A stretch of 64,000 nt of DNA, taken from Eledone cirrhosa (lineage: Eukaryota). The translations under genes were made by a program, and so were the position numbers. Within the stretch, counting starts at the first letter, position 1. Each line of letters begins with the position of its first letter. Under the pieces are notes generated by a model. The model was not told the origin of the DNA and did no database searches. It was given only the letters and a program-made list of their open reading frames with translations. This document shows positions 42,149 through 54,923 of this stretch, piece after piece. The stretch covers positions 179,366,001 to 179,430,000 of the forward strand of contig OZ024742.1 of assembly GCA_964016885.1 (NCBI GenBank), in the 5' to 3' direction.

Positions 42149-43690
42149 TATATATATACACATATATTTTTCTGTGTTGCACCATAGAGCATGTGTGTTT
42201 ACGTATGTCATTGTGTTTATATGTGGGTGGAGATGTGTGCTGATGTAGGTATGTATGTTAACGTGTGTATGTTGTGGGTTCGTCTTAGGGAGAAGTGTTT
42301 AGACGGGGTCCGTATTTGTTAATGAAGTAAGATTCCTTGCTGATGCGCTGGGTGTGGGTGGCATTATCTTTAAATTTGTAGAGGGGAAAGATTCTGAAGT
42401 TGGGATGATTTTGGGCGGCACAGGTGTCAATGTGTTCACTCAGTGGTATTTTCCTGTATTCCCGTATTTTAATTTGGGATCTATGGACAGTCATGCGTTG
42501 GCGGAGGCTGGTATTTGGTCTGGCCTATGTATTGTTCTCGACAACCTGAGCAAGTTAATACATATATTAGATTTTCCGATGCACATGTGAAATTGTGTTT
42601 TACTATAAAACGTTGTCCATCTTTGAAATAGAATTCCGAACCCTCTATTAGGTTGATGCAAATGCCACAGTTGGGTCTATCGCATTTTTTTACTGTGGGT
42701 TTCGTTGTTGTGGTTGGCAGTACTTTGGCATGTGTTAGGATGTTTTTCATTGACTTGGATTGTCTTTTGCTCTTTATGATATCGTGTGTTCGTAGAATTT
42801 GGTTCATTCTATGGTCCTTTTTCAACACAGGGATGTTCTGGAGGATGGTGTCAAAGGCCTCATTGTTGAGAGGGTTGTGTGTGGAGATGTATGGAAGAGC
42901 TTTTAGTTTCGGTTGATTTACTTTAGGGTGTCTAAGGTCTTGGGTACTGAGTTTTAGGGCACGTTGGATTCCATTGTCAATTAGTGATGCAGGGTAGTCC
43001 CTGCCTATGAGTGTGTCCTTTAGTTCTTGTAGCCGTATGTAGCAGATGTTTTTATTGGAGACTATAGTACAGATTCTCTTGGCTAAGTTGTAGGGAATAT
43101 TAATTTTAACGTGTCTAGGGTGGCAAGAGTTGAAGGGGAGATATTGCTTGGAGTCTGTGGGCTTGTAGTATATGTCTGTTTCTATTTTTTTGTTATGGAT
43201 CTTAATGAGGATGTCGAGGAAGGGGAGTTGTTGATGGCTGTATTCCATCGTGAAGTTAATATTTGTGTTGAGCCCATTTGTAAGGGTGTGAAATTCTTTA
43301 AGTTTTTCGATGTTTTCGTGCCAAAGGATGAAGCAGTCATCTAGATATCGCTTCCAGTTCCTTTCAATTTTACATTCACATGACCTCTACCGACCAATCA
43401 AAATTGTTTTGACCACAAGAATTTTTGCAACACCAAAGTAACGCTGGAGCCACTTTTTTAACATAAAAACAGGTAGAATTCCCAAAACTAATCAGATCAG
43501 AGCAAACAACACGGACACTCTATCTCAAAATTATTTTTGAAAAGCATTTAGAAATGCGCAACCGGTAAAAACTTAAAAACTTAAAACCACAACTGAATAC
43601 TAACCCATACAATCACTAATACTCTTTTATTCCTAATTAAACCATTTTTCAACTGTGAACAATTTGTCAGCATTTTCTATTCCGTTTACC
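40990..43690 (-). mobile_element. Penelope-like (Neptune-type, inferred) 5'-truncated insertion with inverted pseudo-LTR
   Basis: 42285-43370 encodes WKRYLDDCFILW, LPFLDI, YYKPTDSKQYL.FNSCHP, LIYVLTCSGCREQYIGQT. 40990-41320 is the inverted copy of 43370-43690; both carry TTGAAAA..GCAA-ccgg-TA (decayed HHR). Confidence 0.9.
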
Positions 43691-43694
43691 AACA

Positions 43695-43849
<155 letters not shown>

Positions 43850-43856
43850 GTATATA

Positions 43857-43890
<34 letters not shown>

Positions 43891-43902
43891 CATATGTATA
43901 TA

Positions 43903-43979
<77 letters not shown>

Positions 43980-43986
43980 GTATATA

Positions 43987-44077
<91 letters not shown>

Positions 44078-44094
44078 GTGTATATATATATATA

Positions 44095-44136
<42 letters not shown>

Positions 44137-44232
44137 AAAGTTCTATTTAAAATTGTTGGGATACAGCCTCCAAAAGTAATGGTTGTATTTTAAAGGGTAC
44201 GTCAAACCTATTTGTAAAACTGCTATAATTTG

Positions 44233-44297
44233 TATTTTGTCTGATGAAGGCATACCATAATTTAATGTGGTATCCTTGAAATATGTATAATGAAATA
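44233..44297 (+). ncRNA. Type I hammerhead motif
   Basis: tattttgt-CTGATGA-aggcatacca..tggtatcctt-GAAA-tatgta-TA-atgaaata. Confidence 0.8.
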
Positions 44298-44699
44298 AAT
44301 ATGGTTTTATAAATATAGTTTCCATTTATTAATATCGTATATATATATATATATATATATAATACATACACACACGCACATGTATGTGTCTGTCCGTGTG
44401 TACGAACCGGATAGCAACTGGCATGAGGCAACAGGAAACCACAGCTGTATGAATCCCGTGTAAAAACATGAATCAGACTAAATTGCGGCGTGAATATATA
44501 GGTATGAATACAGAATTTAGTGTAAGAAAGTGGCAAGAAGGCAACAACCGCAATCCAGTAGATTAAATATCGTACGAGATGGAGAGACACGGTCGGTTAC
44601 ACTTAAATTTGAGTCATTATATATATCTCTTTTACTCTTTTACCTTTTCCAGCCATCCGGCTGAGGCCATGCTCCGGCACCGCCCTTGTTGCTACACAT

Positions 44700-47222
44700 T
44701 TTATCTGCAGCCTATATTGGTTGACCACTGGTGGGAGTTTGTTGCTGCTGCCCTTAGGTTTCCCTTGTGCCTTGCTGTGGGCTCATCTGGTATCCTAGAT
44801 AGCAAGGTGTCGAGATGTTTCTTGAAGACATCCACCTCCACACAATGCAAATCTCTCAGATCCCTCGGCAGCTTGTTGAAGAGTTGAGGGCCCTTGAATC
44901 CCAGGCTATTGTAATATCTGCTCCTTATTCTAGATGTGGAAGACGGGACCTTTGGCATCACACAGTGACGTCCTGTTCGACGGTTGGTCCAGCCCCCAAT
45001 GCCAAAGTTTGGTGCTAGTCCCTCCAGGATTTTCCGCATGTAGATCACTGTGTATCTCTCCCGTCTACATTCCAAGGAGTAGAGTTTCAGTTCTTTTAGC
45101 CTCTCCCAGTAGCTTATCTCCTTCATTGTGGTAATCCTCTTGGTGTAGCTTCGCTGGATTGCCTCGAGCTCCGTGGTTAGTTTGACACTATGGGGTGACC
45201 ACAACTGGGAGCAATAGTCCTGGCGGCTTAGGACAAATGTCCTCCCTCCATAGTGTCAACATGGTGTCTCGGTCTCTTGTCCGGAAAGTCCTCAAGATCC
45301 ATCCAGCTAGTCGTCTGCACATTGTCGCCACTTTCATGATGTGTGAGGAAAAAGATGCATCATCGCTCAGGTTTATATCCAGGTCTCGTATCGATTTTGA
45401 CACGGGGATATCGGTCCCTCCTGGTCCTGCGTAACTGCGTGTATTGTAGGGTTTGGAATTTTCCAGCATTAAACAGCATGTTGTTTTCTTCCGCCCATTT
45501 GTATATGGTATCCAGATCTTGTTGTAAAAGGGCAGCGTCAGTCGGGTTTTTGATTGCCTGTACTACCTTAGTGTCATCGGCATAGCTAGTGAGGGATGTT
45601 ATTGTATGTCCTACAGAGGGCATGTCTGAGAGAGCCACCAAAAACAGTAGTGGTCCCAGGACTGTTCCTTGGGGCACCCGACTTGTTATTAGTGTTTCCT
45701 TTGAGAGGACCCCGTTTGCTGCGACTGTCTGGCTTCTGTCCTTTAGGAAGTCATGCAGTCACTCACCTACTTTTCCAATTAAGCCGAGTCCGTGTAGTTT
45801 GTGACATATTATTCCGTGGTCGACATTGTCAAAGGCCTTCGCAAAGTCAAGGTATATCACGTCCACATGTGAGCTGTCAAGCAGTTGTTTCAGTACCCAG
45901 TCGTAGTGATGTAGCAGCTGTGTAAGGCAGCTTGTTCCTGGGTGGAAGCCATGCTGCGTGCTAGTCAGGCGGTCATTTTCCTCGAGGAAAGTGATCAATT
46001 TCTTTCTGACGACTCGCTCCAAGACCTAACTTATATGCGATGTCAGGGAGACTGGCCTATTGGTTTTGGCCTCCGCTCTGCTACCTCCTTTATGGATAGG
46101 GCATATTGTGCCTTCTTTCAGCTCCCTGGGTAGTATACCGCTAGCCAAGGAGCTTCTGAAGAGCATCTTCAGTGGAGTTGCTAAGGCACGCTTACATGTT
46201 TTTAAGAGGGCTGCTGGGAATCCATCAGGTCCAGCAGCTGAGTCTGTTCTAATTTCATCTAGGGCGTACACCACATCCTCCTCCGTTATGTCCATGTGGT
46301 TGATGGTCGCCATTTCTTCGTGTAGTGTTGTGGCATCAAATAATTCCCCTGGCTTTGTTATTTGCATGTGCCTCAATGGACATGTGAACACACTTTTGTA
46401 CTGTTCGTTCAGTATTTCACTTATCTCTTGGGGATTCTCGGTTAATGAACCGTCTGTATGGAAGAGTGGGCCAATCTTGCAGTGTACCGAGGCAGTTTCT
46501 TTTGCAAATTTAAAGAAGGCCTTAGGGTTTCTTTTAATATTTTCTATGGCCCTGCTTTCTTTCGTTGCCCTCTCATTTTCATGGGAAAGTTTGAGTGCAA
46601 TCTCGGTGCCGAGTAGTGCAAGTTTCAAATAGGATTTCTTCTTGTTTTTGTTTTCTTGTTGTGCATTTAACTGGTTTGAGAGCTTGGTTCTACGTCTCAT
46701 AAGGTTTTTCCTATCTCTGGGAATAAGATTTTTGTGTCTGTTTGCCTTTTTCTCCGGGACAAACTTCTTGCATATAGTGTGTATCGTTGTCATGAAGTGT
46801 TGTGTGTTGGTGTCTTGTGTGGCGGTGTTTTCGCTCCATGTTTGCTTCCGGATTTCTCTCTTGATCTTCTTCCAGTTAGCCTTGTAGAAGTTAAAGCTGG
46901 ATAACGTCCCGGTGCTTCTTATGGTTTTGTCTCTGTTGGTTCTCTCGGACCACATATCATTAGTTTCTACTAAGTTATGATCCGAGAAAATTGTTGGTGT
47001 TACCTTTACATTGTGGACGAGCACTTCGTTGTTTGTAAAACAGAGGTCCAGGGATTTTCGCCTCTTGTTGGGAGGAGTATTGCTTGGTCCATGAACAGCC
47101 TGTGTGTGAGGGCCAACAGGGATTCCTTCTGTCTTTGTTCTATTGACGTCATTCCAGGGAGGAAGTGGCCCTCAGGCCATTTGACCTTTGACAGGTTGAA
47201 GTCTCCCAGCAGTAGAATGTTG
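44700..47222 (-). mobile_element. CR1/L2-group LINE fragment (APE end + RT), decayed
   Basis: FSDHNL, AAGPDG, PIHKGG..NRPVSLTS, QHGF, VIYLDFAKAFD, PQGTVLGPLLF, YADDTK, YWERLKELKLYSLE.RRER. Confidence 0.92.
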
Positions 47223-47224
47223 AA

Positions 47225-47266
<42 letters not shown>

Positions 47267-47444
47267 GTTGAATATACAGGAGAGATAAACTCAAATATAA
47301 ACATGCATGTGTTCGATTTGCAAAGGACCAGTTTTGCTAGGGTGAAAAAGTATTAACTATAACAATATAGTTTGCCATTTAAAGTAGTAAGTGGTTTGTA
47401 AGTGAGTATTTTCAATCAGTGAATCTTAGATTAGCAACAGTGGT

Positions 47445-47477
<33 letters not shown>

Positions 47478-48058
47478 CTAAGGCGGGTAAAATTCCCGAG
47501 ATCCATGGACGAGTTCTCTCCAGCGGTCTCTGTCCCTCATTATCGCTGCCATGTTCTGCGTCTCCAACAGACCAGTGTCTGTCCTTAGGGCATCAACATA
47601 CGTTAACCTTGGTCTTCCTCTTCTAGTGTGTCCCTTCTCCCCCCCCCCCACACTTTTGGTTGCCCGTGTCTCTCTCTCACTTTCTCCTGTCTATGTGAGA
47701 GGCAGCACGATTATACAAGCTCTGAGTCGTAGCTGACCACTAGGCTAAAGTCCCCCAGGTTGGCCACAACTTACTTTCCCTATTTTCCACGGTTACTATT
47801 TTGCATGTTTCTTTCACCTGTCTTCCCACGATGGGACCTGTACACTTTTTTTCTCCTATTCCTTTACTATTTTTTCCCATTTTCCCATTTTCCCTTCCCC
47901 CTTCTTCCTCTCTCCTCATCTTTTCCCCCCTGTTATTCCTCCTTTCCCTCTCTTTCCTTTTCTCTCTCCTTTTTTTCCCCTTTTTTCTCTCTCTCTTTCT
48001 CTCTCCTTTTCCACCTGGCCTTTTGATTAATAAAAGGCCTCGGGCGTACCCGAAATAT

Positions 48059-48120
48059 ACCGATGTCCTGTAATTCAGCGCCGAAACATCGGTTCGGGAA
48101 ACATTTACAGCTGACGATGG
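48059..48120 (+). ncRNA. Candidate non-circularly permuted hammerhead (family 1)
   Basis: accgatg-TC-ctgtaa-ttcAGCGcc-GAAA-catcggt-tcgggaaacat-ttacag-CTGACGA-tgg; stem III accgatg/catcggt, stem I ttacag/ctgtaa. Confidence 0.72.
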
Positions 48121-48276
48121 AAGCTCCTTTCTTCCTTTCTCCTTCTGTTCCGTCCTAACCACCATCCTAAACCTTGTTTTTAGTAACCACACAGCTCCTT
48201 TCGTTTCATAACTTTTTATATAAGAAAAATGGAGTGCTGCGTGGTTGCACATGGGTTACATATGAATATAATTAGT

Positions 48277-48335
48277 CCTTCATCAGTGATCTTCCAGCCT
48301 TCATTGGTATTTCATCGCTTTAAAAATCATATACC
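48277..48335 (-). ncRNA. Candidate non-circularly permuted hammerhead (family 2)
   Basis: Reverse complement: ggta-TA-tgattttt-aaAGCGat-GAAA-tacc-aatgaaggctg-gaagatca-CTGATGA-agg; stem III ggta/tacc, stem I gaagatca/tgattttt. Confidence 0.68.
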
Positions 48336-48791
48336 TCTGGTTGGTGCGAGCAATAACTAAATACAGTTATTGGAACAAGTAAAATAAGGGTGAAGCGAGC
48401 GAGATATGTAAACAAACAAAGAAGGTATTGCAACGGAAAGATAGGAGGAGACAAGTACATGATATCTATAAGCTTAAGCTTGGTGAAATCATGGACGAGA
48501 GATACAGACCATCCGACATGGGTGAGATGTGAGCGAGAAAAGGATTTCACACAAGTCAAACGGGAGGAAGTGAGAGAGGGAAGAAGCAGAGAGTGGGTGA
48601 GTGGAAGTGTGAGGAAGAGGCCAGCTGAGAGAGAGTGTGACTGGCAGAGGGGGTAAAAATATGGTGAGAGATACAGAGAGAGGGGAAGCAGTAAGAAGGA
48701 AACAGACAATCGCAGCTGAGGAAAAAACATAAATATAAGAAAAATGGAGTGCTGCTTGGTTGCACATGGGTTACATATGAATAAAATTAGT

Positions 48792-48850
48792 CCTTCATCA
48801 GTGATCTTCCAACCTTCATTGGTATTTCATCGCTTTAAAAATCATATACC
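48792..48850 (-). ncRNA. Candidate non-circularly permuted hammerhead (family 2, second copy)
   Basis: Same as 48277-48335 except one linker base; 515 nt apart. Confidence 0.68.
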
Positions 48851-51800
48851 TCTGGTTGGTGCGAGCAATAACTAAATACACTTATTGGGACAAGTAAAAT
48901 AGGGTGAAGCGAGCGAGATATATACATATATATATATACATATATATATACCAGATAGAAAAATGCGTACAGCAAAAAAAAGTAATATTGCTGGAATATA
49001 AACCTTTAAAAATACAGGACAAGAAACTAAAATAAAACTTTAAAAGAATAGGACAAGAAACTAAGGTAAAACTTTAAAGAATTGGACAAGAAATAAAAAA
49101 ATTTACAATAATTGCTAGTGGCAACATTTTTATTGGTAAAAAATCGAGTTCCACATTCATGGGCTCTGGGTTCCACATTCAGAGGTCGTCGTCAGACCGG
49201 GAGGATCATTTGATCCTGGTTTGAACACCAATTGGGCCATAACCATACCCCTATTTCATCATTCGGCGACACGCCTCATGTGTCATGCATAATGTGAATG
49301 GACCCATGGCCCCATGAGCACAGATCTTGAGCAGCAGCGGACGGTCTTGTCGTCCCGCTCATCCTTGATCTTGACCAACTCGTCCATCTTCTCCTTGCAT
49401 CTTGTCCTTGAGTTCAAGTCCGGCAGTCCAGATGAATGCGTGCCACAGCTTTCTGGTACAGGAAGGGGGAGCAGGATGACTGGAGGGATGACGGGACAGA
49501 GGGAGGGAGGACCGATGGTTGAGGGAGGTGCCGTAGTCGGTGGTCAGAGTCGACATCTTGTCCCGGTCGTCTTCTCCATCTTCGTCTGGTGTTGCGGGAC
49601 CAGAAGTGCATTCTTGGAGGAGACCTGCAGCTGCATCGGCCAATTCTTCTTGCAATGGTCATTCTGACGGAGCAGAACTGCTCAGCCAACCAACCCCAAC
49701 CAGAACCAACCGCTCAGGGGCAACGCACAATGAGAGCATGACAATTATTATGCACTAATCAAGAAGATACAAGCAACAACTATCTAATAATTAAATGAAC
49801 ATAGTGAATTACTGACAAGTGATTGACATTTTAAAGTTCTTTTGAGTATAATTGCAATCTAGTTGAGGCAACTGGCTTAATGACAAAGCTAGTAAATCAT
49901 GAATGCATTTGAGATGATTAGTGCATAATAGTGAATTGGTGAAACTTGTGCATCTCAATGGTGTTACAACAATAGATGTAAGTTATATCGTAGTAATACT
50001 TTATCATTTTAACTTTTTAGAATGGACAAAAACCCATGCAAAGAAATGACTTTGACTGCAGTGATTCTCTCCAATTTACTTACAAAGCAAACGTCATTTC
50101 TGGATTACCTCCCCTAGCGTCACGCTTACTACTCACTCACTTGAACACAAGATTTATCAGCAAACTTTGATTATAAACTTTTTCCCGCTGGACCAAATTT
50201 CTAGATTTTTAAGCCAAAAGATGCTCATATAAGTTTTATCTCAGTTAAATAAAGTAGAGCCGCGCTGTACTGTCGTAAACAGACGATTGCCAACGAAAAC
50301 ACGACCACAACAATATTACTAAACGGACTACCGTCCGTTTAGGATATATTTATATTTACCGTCCGTTTAGGATATATTTATATTTATACTCGGAATTTTT
50401 TCATAGAGTGCTTAAAATTATTTGTGAAGGATGAGTATTTAAACTTTATTTTTATTCAGAGTTAAGGCTCTATTGATTTTTTGCTGAATTTCACAAAATT
50501 CTATGGATAAATCTATATCTTGATTTTTTTAAAATTGAGTTTGAATTATTTTCCCACATCTTACGTTAATTATTTTCCATTTTGACGTTATAGTCACTTA
50601 TATATTACTGTTGAAATACTGTTGGATCCTTGCTCACAATAATTTCTATACTTTCATTTATATATATATAGGGAATGTAACGTCCAGTTACTGTAGGTTC
50701 ACCAGAGTGAGCACCCGATGCGTAGTTTCCAGTCGGTATAGAGGTGTAGAACTAAGCAGAGTGTAATAATAATAATTGTTTCTACTTTTGGCACAAGGCC
50801 AGCAATTACCTAGTGCATTACTGGTACTTTATTTTATCGACCCCGTAAGGATGAAAGGCAAAGTTAACCTCGGCGGGATTTGAACTCAGACTGGCAAGGG
50901 CCGTAACTCTATGCGTCAAAGCATGGCGTCCGAACCAGGACGATTTGCTATGTCTTCATTACGCTTATTGAGTAGTGACAGTGTTCGATCTGTATTGATC
51001 TAGCCTCAACTCTGGAATCAAACGATCGTCGGACCTCTGCTGTGGTAATGACAGATTGAACCTTTAGAGCGTAGAGAGGTCTATAATGATTCACATTAAT
51101 TTATGGTGATCAGTTAATGTTCGTTATGATTGGTGGTTTTGCTATAAGGAATGTTTTGGTATGTATGATAAGTGGGGGAAGGATTATAATGAAGAATTGG
51201 TGGTGGTTGGCGATGGTAGGTGTGAGTTACGGGGGTGTGGTGTTTTAGCTGCTTCATAGACATTATGGCGTGTATGTGGTGAGGCGAAGGTGCTGTGTGT
51301 GCGTGTGGAGGTGGTTATGAGATATACGTGATGGGAGATGAAAGAGTGTGGTGCTGTACTAATGGGGGGGGGGGTGTCAAAGAAGAATAAAAGAAAATAA
51401 ATAAAAGTAAATTAAACCTGGGTTAAGGATGAAGCGTTATAGACCTTTCTACGCACTACAGGCTCGTTCTGTGATTACCACAGTAGAGGTCCGACGAGCC
51501 TTTAATTCCAGAATCGGGCTAGACCGATACAGATCGAACCTTGAGCTGATCAATAGCGAAACGCGCATCACTACTCAATAAACGTAATGAAGACATAACA
51601 AATTGTCCTTTTTATTATCATTTGGATTGGCAGTATCGGTAGAAGGCCGGACGCCATGCTTTGACGCATAGAGTTACTGTCCTTTATGATCTGAGCTCAA
51701 ATCTCGCCGAGGTTAACTTTGCCTTTCATCCTTACGGGGTCGATAAAATAAAGTACCAGTCATGCACTGGGGTCGATTTAATCGACTTTCCCCTCCCCCA

Positions 51801-51899
51801 AAATTGCTGGCATTGTGCCTATATAAGAAACAATTATTAGTACTGGGTAATTGCTGGCCTTGTGCCAAAAGTAGAAACAATTATTATTATTATTATTAT

Positions 51900-53875
51900 T
51901 CATTTATCTTGGTTTATGTTCATACGAGTTATCTCCAAGTCACAACCAGTGAAGGTCCGCCATGTTCAAGAAAGAACACATACACACATACATATATCTT
52001 TAGGTGTTTAGACCTGTGATGTATTTATATTGAGAGAATCTTCCTTAGTATATGGGCAGTTCCCATTAGTACTATCTTTTGTATTTCTTCTATACGCGGG
52101 TTTCCTGGGATTTGGGATAAGTAATCATTAGACCCCTTTGGTATCATTCCTGAGCGCCTACAACCCCTGGTATTGTTTTAGTTCTCAACTTCCACATTTT
52201 TCCAATTTCTAACTCCAGGTTTTTATACTTGCTCAATTTTTCAAATGTTTTATAGATACATTCTTGTCTATTGGAACAGACATATCAATTAGCAGGCATA
52301 CCCTCTTTTTAAAGTCCTTCAGTATTATATCAGGTCTATTTGCATTTATTTTTCGGTCTGTTTGGATGCTAAAGTTCCACAAGATGAGATGTGATCTTTT
52401 TCAAGTACAGGAGGTGGTTGATGCTCCACCAATTCTTTTGATGTGGCAGGTCAAAATGTTTTCACATTATCCAATGTATGTATTGTGCAGCTCTGTCGTG
52501 CCTGTTTAGGTATTCTGTTGGAGCTATAGGACTGCACATTGAAATTATATGATCAATGGTCTCTGGTTGTTTTTTTTACATACACGGCATAATGGGTTGC
52601 ATCCATTTTTTATTATGTTGGCTTGATAATTTTTTGTTGGCAGCCACCGATCTTGTGCTTATATAATCAGTCCTCCAGTCTCCAATTTCAGTCCAGAGGA
52701 TGCCAACCACTGATGGGTTAAAGTTTTGTCAACATCAGGATTATTAGCTTTTTCTGGGTATTTTCCATACAGAGGCTTTTCTTGCCATTTCTTAGCCAGT
52801 TTCTGTAGCAGTTCTTTCTTTGCAGTTACTTTTATCTGCTTTGCTTTTTCTGTGTTTTTCATTTCAGCAGTAAAGGGAACTTCTGAAATTTGTAGTCCAT
52901 TACTGTATCTTTGTGCATCTTTTGTAATGGAATATGATCTTTTGATGCTTTCATGTTTCAAAACGAGTTTGATCATCCAATCATGTGCCTCCCTTAGATA
53001 TGTAGATAATCCAATTGTTGCAGTTTTCAAATCAATATCTAACTGGAATAATCCACGTCCTCCTTCTTTCCTAGGGAGATATATTCTATCTGTATCTGCC
53101 TTAGGGTGATGCATTCTGTGCATGGTTAAAAATTTTCTAATTTTTGTATCGAGCCTACGGATCTCAGTGCTTGACCAATTGATGACATTGAAACTGTAGG
53201 TTACTACTGGTATGGCAAGCGTGTTTATGGCATCGATCATATTCCTTGCATTCAACTCCGTTCTTAAGATTGCTCTTACTCTGCGGTAATATTCCTTTCT
53301 TATCCTTTCCCTCATTGTCAAGTGCTTGATTCCGTCTCCTTCACAAATACCTAGATATTTGTAAGTTTCCTCTTGATCAAGTTCTCTTATCACATTCCCC
53401 CGATCAAGATTAATGTCTGAACTTCTCAGCAGCTTTCCTCTGGTGAACGTTGCTTTGGCGCATTTATCTAGTCCAAACTCCATTTTAATATCATCACTGA
53501 ACTGCTTCACAGTGGATAATAGCCCTTGCAATTGTTCATCATTTTATGCAAATAGTTTCAGGTCATTCATGTAGAACAAATGATTAATGGTTTTGTCATA
53601 GACTTTATATCCATGTTTTGTTTCATTGAGCCTTTTACTTAATGGTATAAGTGCGATGCAGAATAAAAGCGTTGATAAAGACTCATTCTGAAAAATTCCA
53701 CAATTAATATTAACTTCTTCAGCTTCCAGTGAATTTTTTTCACTATTCAAAAGGTGTGTTGTTTTCTATGTTTTCATACTGAATGATAGGTACCTCCTGA
53801 CAACGGGAGATATTTTGAAAATCTCTAAACACTTTTCAATCCAACTGTGTGGCAAACTATCGAATACTTTTTTGT
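51900..53875 (-). mobile_element. R4/Dong-like LINE (RT + restriction-like endonuclease), 5'-truncated
   Basis: HLFYMNDLKLFA, FGLDKCAK, YKYLG, LPRKEGGRGL; C-terminal NRPDII..LIDMSVP..KLSKYKNLE..MWKL; (TAA)n at both junctions. Confidence 0.9.
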
Positions 53876-54139
53876 AATATTATTATTATTATTATTATGG
53901 ACGGTGAATTGGCAGTATCGGTAGAGGGTCGGACGCCATGCTTTGACGCATAGAGTTACGGCACTTGCCATTCTGAGTTCAAATTCCGCCGAGGTTAACT
54001 TTGCCTTTCATCCTTACGGGGTCGATAAAATAAAGTACCAGTAATGTACTGGGTAATTGCTGGCCTTGTGCCTAAAGTAGAAACAATTATTATTATTATT
54101 ATTATATGTATGTATATATATATATGAATATATGTATAT

Positions 54140-54175
<36 letters not shown>

Positions 54176-54650
54176 GAGGGTGTTAAAGTTTGCTTGAAGC
54201 ATTGTGAAATGTGTAAAATATATAGTTTAGAAAGCCACAACAATGCAGATGGGAAATCTCGAGGTAAGAAGTGAGTGAGAAATAGGAGAAAAGTGAAAAT
54301 GAAAATGAAAACAAAACAAAGGTAGAAGGGTTACCGTATATATATATATATATTACATTCAAAGTTATGGATGTCATGATTGAGATAATATCGAACATGT
54401 ATCCTATCTCCCAAAATCAGCTCATAGAAAAAATTCAAAGAATAAATCCGAGCATTTAATCATTATAAATACTGAATGACATATATATATATATACGTAA
54501 ATATCCAATGATATAACTGTATAAGACATATCAAACTTTAACAAAAGATAATCTGTATAGAATGTAAGAATACATAGTTCGTTAGAGTATCATATTAAAC
54601 ATTAACAAAAATTTAAAACATAGATACCTGATAAAAATCATATATATCTC

Positions 54651-54735
54651 CCTCATATGTATCCTTCATAAAACATGAATACATTTCACCAAATATCGGT
54701 GAAGTCAGATAATCGATTTTGGTTCGTCAGTGAGG
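54651..54735 (-). ncRNA. Full-size type I hammerhead motif with three well-paired stems
   Basis: Reverse complement: cctca-CTGACGA-accaaaatcg..cgatatttggt-GAAA-tgtatt..ggataca-TA-tgagg. Confidence 0.85.
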
Positions 54736-54923
54736 TAAAGCGATCTATCTAAATTTACACCCGTTAACATACAGAACTGAAGGTGACGAGAAAAGCACAT
54801 GGTATTATTAAAAAAACCAATGCACGCAGTTAATGCCCGCAATTACATGAAAGGGTTCGGGCCAACTAGAAATAGCAGACCAGACTTGCAACATATTGAA
54901 CAGCTCAAACAAATAGGAGCATA

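Larger units (their letters stand above)
48218..48920 (-). mobile_element. Non-coding element with about 190-bp terminal direct repeats (pLTR/retrozyme-like)
   Basis: 48218-48413 repeated at 48733-48920; flanked by TA runs; no credible ORF. Confidence 0.8.

Noticed and set aside
51438-51590. Possible pseudoknot/HDV-like fold (gacct/aggtc, ggctcgt/acgagcc) and HHR-like GAAAcgcgcaTC
   Set aside because: The second helix is not preserved in the inverted copy at 50935-51085, there is no P4/J4-2, and no intact CUGANGA in register.
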